A stretch of 64,000 bases of DNA, from contig JBAXWB010000008.1 in assembly GCA_037128595.1 (NCBI GenBank), forward strand, positions 5,889-69,888, written 5' to 3'. How positions within the stretch are numbered: the first letter of the stretch is position 1; every line of letters begins with the position of its first letter. Below are positions 63,466-64,000 of this stretch, piece by piece. The DNA comes from a bacterium. Its GTDB lineage: Bacteria > Verrucomicrobiota > Kiritimatiellia > CAIKKV01 > CAITUY01. The position numbers and the translations under genes were made by a program. Below the pieces are notes generated by a model. The model saw only the letters and a program-made list of their open reading frames with translations, was not told where the DNA came from and did not search any database.

Positions 63466-64000
63466 TTATTGCGGAAGAGTTGCGGTTGACCCCTTTTGAA
63501 TCCGGCTAATGGTCGCCTCCAGCTTGGCAACAGACGCTGACTGGATCGCACGCAAGTGTTTGTGAGGCACATGAGGTAACCCAAACCGCTGCTTCAGTTC
63601 CATCTGGATTCTCACCATCAGATGGGCGGTCATTTCCGCATCCGCCATGGCGCGATGATGCACCCCGCTGTCCGGGAGCCGGAGATAGCGCACCAAGGTC
63701 CCCAGTTTGTGATTAGGTGACTGCGGGAAAAGACGACGCGCCACCCGCATGGAACAGGCAAACTCCTGACACCGTGCCCGCTGGATCCAGGCCAACTCCG
63801 CATCCCAGAACTTGCTATCAAAAGCGGCATTGTGCGCCACCATGGGATGGGGGCCGATAAAGTCAGCGGCCGCCGCCATCACCTCGGCCACCGGCGGCGC
63901 ATTCCGCACCATGGCATTGCTGATCCCCGTCAACTGCTCGATAAACCCGGACACATACACTCCGGCATTCATCAGGCTTTGAAAGCGCCCCACGATCTCG
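63466..64000 (-). CDS. DEDDh 3'-5' exonuclease domain protein (DnaQ/PolIII-epsilon-like), C-terminal part; gene continues past the window end
   Basis: Exo III motif HRAMADAEMTAHLMV and Exo II-like FIGPHPMVAHNAAFDSKFW. The Exo I (DxE) segment must lie upstream of position 64000. Confidence 0.6.
   Translation of the reverse strand, partial: EIVGRFQSLMNAGVYVSGFIEQLTGISNAMVRNAPPVAEVMAAAADFIGPHPMVAHNAAFDSKFWDAELAWIQRARCQEFACSMRVARRLFPQSPNHKLGTLVRYLRLPDSGVHHRAMADAEMTAHLMVRIQMELKQRFGLPHVPHKHLRAIQSASVAKLEATISRIQKGSTATLPQ

Overview
High-GC bacterial chromosome segment. Gene content (LL-DAP aminotransferase DapL, eukaryote-type UDP-glucose dehydrogenase, no L30, an inverse-autotransporter adhesin) suggests a PVC/Verrucomicrobia-like organism, but that is inference only.

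The window has two parts.

(1) ~1-14.4 kb is a mosaic accessory region. Its intergenic spaces are filled with at least five distinct short-repeat families: inverted hexamer (TAATCG)n arrays, heptamer (GGCAGTR)n arrays, a ~120-bp hairpin repeat R1, a ~65-bp repeat B, and a MITE with 35-bp terminal inverted repeats (TIRs). These bracket small cargo genes: a four-helix-bundle protein, an AbiEii/AbiEi toxin-antitoxin pair and a GxxExxY protein. Housekeeping genes sit alongside: a family-5 substrate-binding protein (SBP), ugd, an L,D-transpeptidase, crcB-DUF190, a CbiR-like TIM-barrel protein next to cobU, and a GT2 glycosyltransferase.

(2) ~14.6-64 kb is core genome, almost all on the minus strand. 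It runs LPLAT acyltransferase-lipA-gmhA-dapL, then HDAC-like (+ strand), then an inverse autotransporter with a beta-helix passenger, nspC, and a specialised NusG paralog. Next comes an uninterrupted ~30-kb translation/transcription super-operon: secE-nusG-rplKAJL-rpoBC-rpsLG-fusA-S10/spc/alpha clusters to rplQ. It is preceded by tuf, rpmG, tRNA-Trp and tRNA-Thr. The window ends with RNase E/G, the rodA-mrdA-mreDCB rod-shape operon, a ROK kinase and a partial DEDDh exonuclease.

I found no CRISPR array, rRNA or obvious prophage. The most unusual items are the repeat-bounded cassettes, a lipoprotein gene inserted inside the S10 operon between rpsS and rplV, and a NusG paralog whose start codon sits 11 bp after the rplQ terminator.
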